A DNA stretch of 64,000 nt from NCBI RefSeq assembly GCF_038025025.1, contig NW_027117339.1, forward strand, positions 744,001 through 808,000. The letters run 5' to 3'. The position numbers and the translations under genes were made by a program. Positions 59,075 to 64,000 of this stretch are shown piece after piece. Every line of letters starts with the position of its first letter. The stretch's first letter is position 1. The stretch is from Phyllosticta citribraziliensis (taxonomy: Eukaryota). The notes beneath the pieces are model-generated. The model saw nothing but the letters and a program-made list of their open reading frames with translations, searched no databases and had not been told where the DNA came from.

Positions 59075-59439
59075 CTAGAGGTAGCCCTGGCAAAGCCGAC
59101 GTCCAAGTCTTGGCCTCCCAGCTTGCCAATGCCGTACATGCCACCAGCGACGAGGATGATGACGAAGAGCAGCACGGGGTTTGTGAGGAGCGAGTAGATG
59201 GCCAGCATGACGAAGAGGACGGCATAGTTGGAGCTGAAGTAGCCCAGGTTGTAGTTCATGCGCGACTGGACCTCGCTGAAGTTTGCTGGTTTGCTTATGC
59301 GCTTGACGTCGAAGAATTCGCCGACGGGCTTGAGGTTGGCGAAGCGCGTGGACAGAGAAGTGTTGCGCACGCCCTCGAAGCGCGAGCCCAGGTTCAGGCG
59401 CGACGACAGGGCGTCGATGGGGATGCTGAGGCGGGACAT
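58909..59439 (-). CDS. YIP3: Prenylated Rab acceptor PRA1/Yip3 (176 aa)
   Basis: LKPVGEFFD..SKPANFSEVQSRMNYNLGYFSSNYA, two long hydrophobic hairpins, LGHATFMDKPIESAFSEEAV*. Confidence 0.93.
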   Translation of the reverse strand: MSRLSIPIDALSSRLNLGSRFEGVRNTSLSTRFANLKPVGEFFDVKRISKPANFSEVQSRMNYNLGYFSSNYAVLFVMLAIYSLLTNPVLLFVIILVAGGMYGIGKLGGQDLDVGFARATSSQLYTALFVIAVPLGLWASPITTVLWLIGASAVTILGHATFMDKPIESAFSEEAV

Positions 59440-60106
59440 GGCGAGGAATAGAGTGATTGGAAAAAAGGGTGTTGGCCGACGTTGGGGAAGTCTATAAAGG
59501 GGTGGTTTTTTAGCTCTTGTTACTTTTTGGCGGCGCGGCGCCGTTTCACGGGTGTGTGGACAAGGATGGGGGATGGTAGCGAGCGGCAATTGTTTGGAGG
59601 GGGCTGGGAGCAGACTGACAGTAAGTGATGGTAGCTGGGTGGAGCGAAAGAAAGTGGTGAATGTTGAGGGGGGGAGAGGGAGACGAGATGGGAGGAATCT
59701 TTGCGCCTTGCAAAGGGAAAGGGAAAGGGACGACGTGTCGTGAGGGCCCGAAGCCGAAGCGGAGGGAAGGAGGCAGCGACGGAAGGCGAGCACAGCCGCA
59801 GCCCAGCCTCGCAGCCTCGCAGCACCTCAGTAGCGGCAGCCTGGCGTGGCGGTGCTCTCTCGACTCGCACTCGCACTCGCGCTCCCCTGACGATCAACGC
59901 GGGCCAGGGCCAGCAGCAGATCGAAAAGACTCGACTCAACGCGACTCCCCGCAGCGTGGCACAGACCTCGGACAAACGAACTCAACAGAAGTCGAGACGA
60001 GAATAGTCAGAGCCAGAGCCAGAGTTGGAGGATTCCTGTCGCTTTTAACTGCAGTCGAGGCTTGCGCGCGTCGGGTAGGCCCGCAGTTTGGCGCCGACGG
60101 CCCCTC

Positions 60107-60118
60107 ATTGGCCCACGT
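60107..60118 (+). promoter_or_regulatory. Candidate unfolded-protein-response element ATTGG-N-CCACG(T)
   Basis: ATTGGCCCACGT about 170 bp upstream of the ER DnaJ gene, in the divergent promoter shared with YIP3. Confidence 0.35.
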
Positions 60119-60288
60119 CTCCGGCCATCCTTGCCCCACAAGCCTCAGGTCAGCTTCCAGTTCCCACTCGACTCGACCACTTCTTCGTGGCTTTCTCTTG
60201 CATCCAAACTGCATACATACATATCCACCAACTTCCACCCCCCACCCTCTCTTCCCCCTCTCTCCTCTCCGGCGTAGAGCAGCCCGCC

Positions 60289-61735
60289 ATGAAGCTCTCT
60301 GCGCTGGCAACCGTGCTGCTCTGCACCTTTGTCTCTCTGGTCGCCGCCTGGTCCAAAGAAGGTGCGTTCCGCCGATACCACATACATATTCAACATGCCA
60401 TTGAGACGCGTCCTCGCCTCAGGCGTCTTCCACGCCACCCTGCTAACCGCCCTTGCAGACCACGAAATTTTCCGTCTCCGCGACGAAGTCATCGCCGGCG
60501 AAGGTCCTGATGCCACCTTCTACTCTTTCCTCGGCGTGTCCCCCGCAGCTACCCAGGACCAAATCAACAAGGCCTACCGCAAGAAATCCCGCCAAATCCA
60601 TCCCGACAAGGCGCGTCAAGCTTACATCGCAACCTACGCCAAACCGGACCCCAAGTCCAAGTCCAAAGACAAGTCCAAGAAGAAGCCCGGCGTCACCGTT
60701 CGCAAACAACCCACTGCCAAAGAACTCAAGGCCTTTGACAAGGAGGCTTCAGCCCGCTTTGCCCGCCTCGGCATCGTCGCCAACATTCTGCGTGGCCAGG
60801 GGCGCGAGCGCTACGACCACTTTTTGAAAAATGGCTTCCCCGCCTGGCGTGGCACTGGCTACTACTACAGCCGTTTCCGCCCCGGCCTCGGTTCCGTCAT
60901 GGTTGGTCTTTTTGTCTCCATGGGCGGAGCCGCACACTACGGCGCGCTATACTTGGGTTGGAAGCGCCAGAGGGAATTTGTTGAGAGGTACATCCGCCAT
61001 GCCCGGCGCATGGCATGGGGCGACGAACTCGGGATCCAAGGGCTTCCTGGTGGACTCGGTGTCGAAGGTGTGACTACCTCTTCCCCGGAAGCCGGTGCGG
61101 GCTCAGAAGAAGAGAAACAATACGTCGATGAGAACGGAAAGCCGGTCGTAATGAATCGCAAGCAGAAGCGCGCACAAGAAAAGCTCGAAAAGAAGGAGGC
61201 CGCCAAGAAGGGCGAGAAGAACGCAAAGGTCGCAAACAAGGCAAAGAACGGCGGCGTGAGCACGCCCGTCGAGGCAGAACTGACCAGCGGTGGTCCTCAG
61301 GGCGCTAGGAAGAGGGTTCAGGCAGAGAACGGCAAGGTCTTGATCGTGGACAGCGCCGGCAATGTGTTTTTGGAAGAAACGACAGACGAAGGAGAGACGC
61401 ACGAGTTCCTCCTCGATGTAAGAGCAAACCCCTCAGAACACTTCGAAGCTAGACTAACAGCACTCCAGGTCGGAGAAATCCCCAGGCCCACATTCCGCGA
61501 CACCGCCGTCGTCCGCCTGCCCGCCTGGGTCTACAACAAATCCCTCGGCCGCCTCTTCGGCTCCTCCCAACAAGCTTCCCTCGACCATGACATCCACGTC
61601 GACGTCGACGGCTCGGAAGACGGCGAGGGATACGCAAACGGCGATGCAAAGGACTCGGTCGACATCCTGAAGAGCGCTGCCTCTGCCAACCCCAACGCCG
61701 AGATCAGAAAGAGAAGGGCGAAGAGGAACAAATAG
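60289..61735 (+). CDS. ERJ5: ER membrane DnaJ co-chaperone, Erj5-like
   Basis: Signal peptide MKLSALATVLL..AAWSKE|DHEIFRL with intron 60362-60458. J-domain with HPD (QIHPDK), RERYDHFLKNGFPAWRGTGYYYSRFRPG and a TM helix. Second intron 61418-61468. Confidence 0.85.
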
Positions 61736-64000
61736 GGCGACGAGGAGGAGACTATGTGTCTGAAAAGTATTTATTCGTGCATTTGAGAAAATATACTGTT
61801 TAAATCTGCCGAGGCTACAAGCGTGGCTGGTTTTGCTCTTTGTGATTGCTCCCGTGCGAGTGGCTGTTTCTTGAATCGCCTGTGGTTCCCGCTCTGTTGA
61901 TCGGACTTTTTCGTTCCTTGCCTCTCACACGATGTCGCCCACTGATGTTTTTCACCATCATCGCATCCCCTTTCTGCTCATCAACATCATGGTCCAACAT
62001 ACAATGATCGACTGGCTAAGTCTTCGAGAGCGAGCGAAAGAAGCAAAGATCCCCGAAGCACGCCAGTCCCGATTTCTGTTTGAATGGGTACGCGGCACAA
62101 CAGTCGTTTTTTGCGAACGCGCTTTACGAATTTTGGTGTGGCCGGTGAGCTGTTGCGTGTCACATCAAGAACAGAGAGGGGCCTTTTAAACGCAAAGATC
62201 AGAAAGAGACATGGGCCGTGGTCACGACACCACTGACCGCAGCAGAGCCCCCGTGGACGATGTGCAGAGTGTGGTACGTCATGCCCTCTGTCTGCCCTTC
62301 TCTTGTGAATATCACGCATTGACAGTCCAGGGAAGTGTCGCTGTGCAGCATTGTCATATCTTTCTGTTGATGAGCTAACAAACCAGGAGTTGGAGTCGAG
62401 GTCGGGGTAAAGGATGGGGTGTCGCACGCGCAAGACAAGACAAGACAAAGTCTTGGATCGAAATTTGAGAGTTCCGCAGCAAGAACAGAGTAGGCCACAG
62501 GTCGTCTTTCGTACTCTGTCCAGAGAGTTGCTGCTGGCTGTGGATGAGGGTAAGGAGGCGGATGAGAGGGGCGGTTTTTACATGCGACGGCCAGGCTCTG
62601 GAACGCATGCGGGTGATGTCATGGGGTCATGGGGGCAGTGTGGGTTGCCTTTCTCTCTTCTCTCGCCTCGCATTTACTGACTGACTGATTAACTGCAGAA
62701 CCAAGCCAACGGTCCACGCCAACAGTCCGCTTCTCTTCCCCTACATCCATCATGACATGATGCCCATCATTGTTGTACCGCAGTGCTGAACAGCATCTCT
62801 ATAAGCTGTCATTTCCTCAAGAAACCCGTCACACATGCCGTGAGCAGAACCAAAAAATTGAGTTGTCGAACAGAAGGCAAAAGCAGACGGTGAGGCTCTG
62901 GGTACTTGTAGGAGGCTGAGAGTGGGCGATGGCTGCTGTCTTGCGGTCCATTGTCGCGCTCTGCGAGTTGCAGGATGGGTCAGTGGAGGAGGAGAGGGAG
63001 GGGGGTTTTAATACCTCGTTTTTGCTTGGAGTCACAGGGCGAGAAGAGCTTGGATAAGGCTCCAGATTGTGATTTGCATGCGTTGGAGGCTTCACTGAAG
63101 AGCTGCTGCCATGTGAAGTGTCCAGTTATGCGGAGGAGAGAATGATGCCGGGCCGCAGATTCAACATCTGACCGGCCCGCGTCGTGAGTATAAATCTCTT
63201 CCCTTCTGCATCTACTGCAAGCTCAGCGCAAAGAGACCAACCACGAAACGTTCTACTTCATTCTAACCAGATCATTTCCACTTCCCGCCCTTTCTCGCAC
63301 ACTGCTGAAAGATCTCCAAACATCACTAACGGCCCATGACGCTGAGCAGCATGTAGTCACCTCAACGCTGACCACCATCCACTCAGCTCGACGTCCACTC
63401 TCCACTCTCTAATCTCTAACCTTCACTTTCGCCGAACCCAATTCTGCCCCCATTCAAACATAACCGCCACAACCGCAGCCACCTCGCCACACATCCCCTC
63501 TCAGCCCCCACACCTCCGCGCCGCCGCCATTTACCACGAGACACGCACCTATCTCCGACGCACAGTCTCTCTGACCGGTCCCACACACCATAATCTCCCA
63601 TCTCCAGCGTCCAACTCATCAATTAGCGACAAGCGGCCCCCACCATGGCTTCTGGCGTGTGGCGTGTGGCGTTTGGTGTATGCGCCCTGCGCCGCACGCT
63701 ACGCCATCTTGTTTGATTGTCGTGGAACCGTGGCGCGGTTGCCGCGGTTGCCGCGTGTGGGACATGCGGTGCGGCGCGGCGGCGCGGATGTTTTGTGAGT
63801 GCGTTTCTGAGTGAGACCACGGACGATGGCTGTCGTTGATTTGATTGTGCTGACAGACTTGTGGCCCTTGCGTTAAGCTGAGTGGTGAATTCGGCAAGGG
63901 GGAGAAAAGGGGGAAACGTGTTTGGCGTCGGCAAGTCATTCCGGCATCTTTGCCACGCTTGAAGGTACTGTGCTACGACACTGTCTACCATCGTTGTCTC

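Noticed and set aside
59440..59793. 118-codon N-terminal extension of YIP3 in the ORF track
   Set aside because: Begins at a non-ATG codon in pyrimidine-rich leader sequence that probably contains a 5'-UTR intron; ATG 59439 gives the typical 176-aa Yip3.

Overview
Gene-dense genomic DNA from a filamentous ascomycete (Pezizomycotina). This rests on short GT-AG introns with CTRAC/CTAAC branch sites and on fungal-type protein families; the genus cannot be fixed from sequence alone. About 25 protein-coding genes can be reconstructed, most by splicing the ORF track: an RGG-rich protein, RTT106, a Fungal_trans_2-like protein, a DUF6594 membrane protein, RNR1, a 1111-aa FKARP-motif protein, a Git3/cAMP-receptor-like GPCR, an HSL-type alpha/beta hydrolase, a But2-domain secreted protein, a GH5 endoglucanase, MET6, a transposase-like HTH protein, POF1-type NMNAT, a ~1800-aa disordered protein, complex I 21.3-kDa subunit, a Zip3/RNF212-like RING protein, ARG2, a beta-hydroxyacid dehydrogenase, a synaptojanin-like phosphatase, YIP3/PRA1 and an ERJ5-like DnaJ protein. 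Three observations stand out. (1) A ~565-codon ORF opens inside YIP3 in the -1 frame, runs through the YIP3 stop and has no ATG until 200 nt later, suggesting recoding or a bicistronic mRNA. (2) A Tc1/mariner-like DNA-binding domain with no catalytic domain looks domesticated and overlaps an upstream extension of POF1. (3) A 419-bp non-autonomous hAT element has perfect 15-bp TIRs, an 8-bp TSD and a RIP-like interior. No rRNA, tRNA or CRISPR array was seen. All family calls are from recognising motifs by eye; no database search was run.
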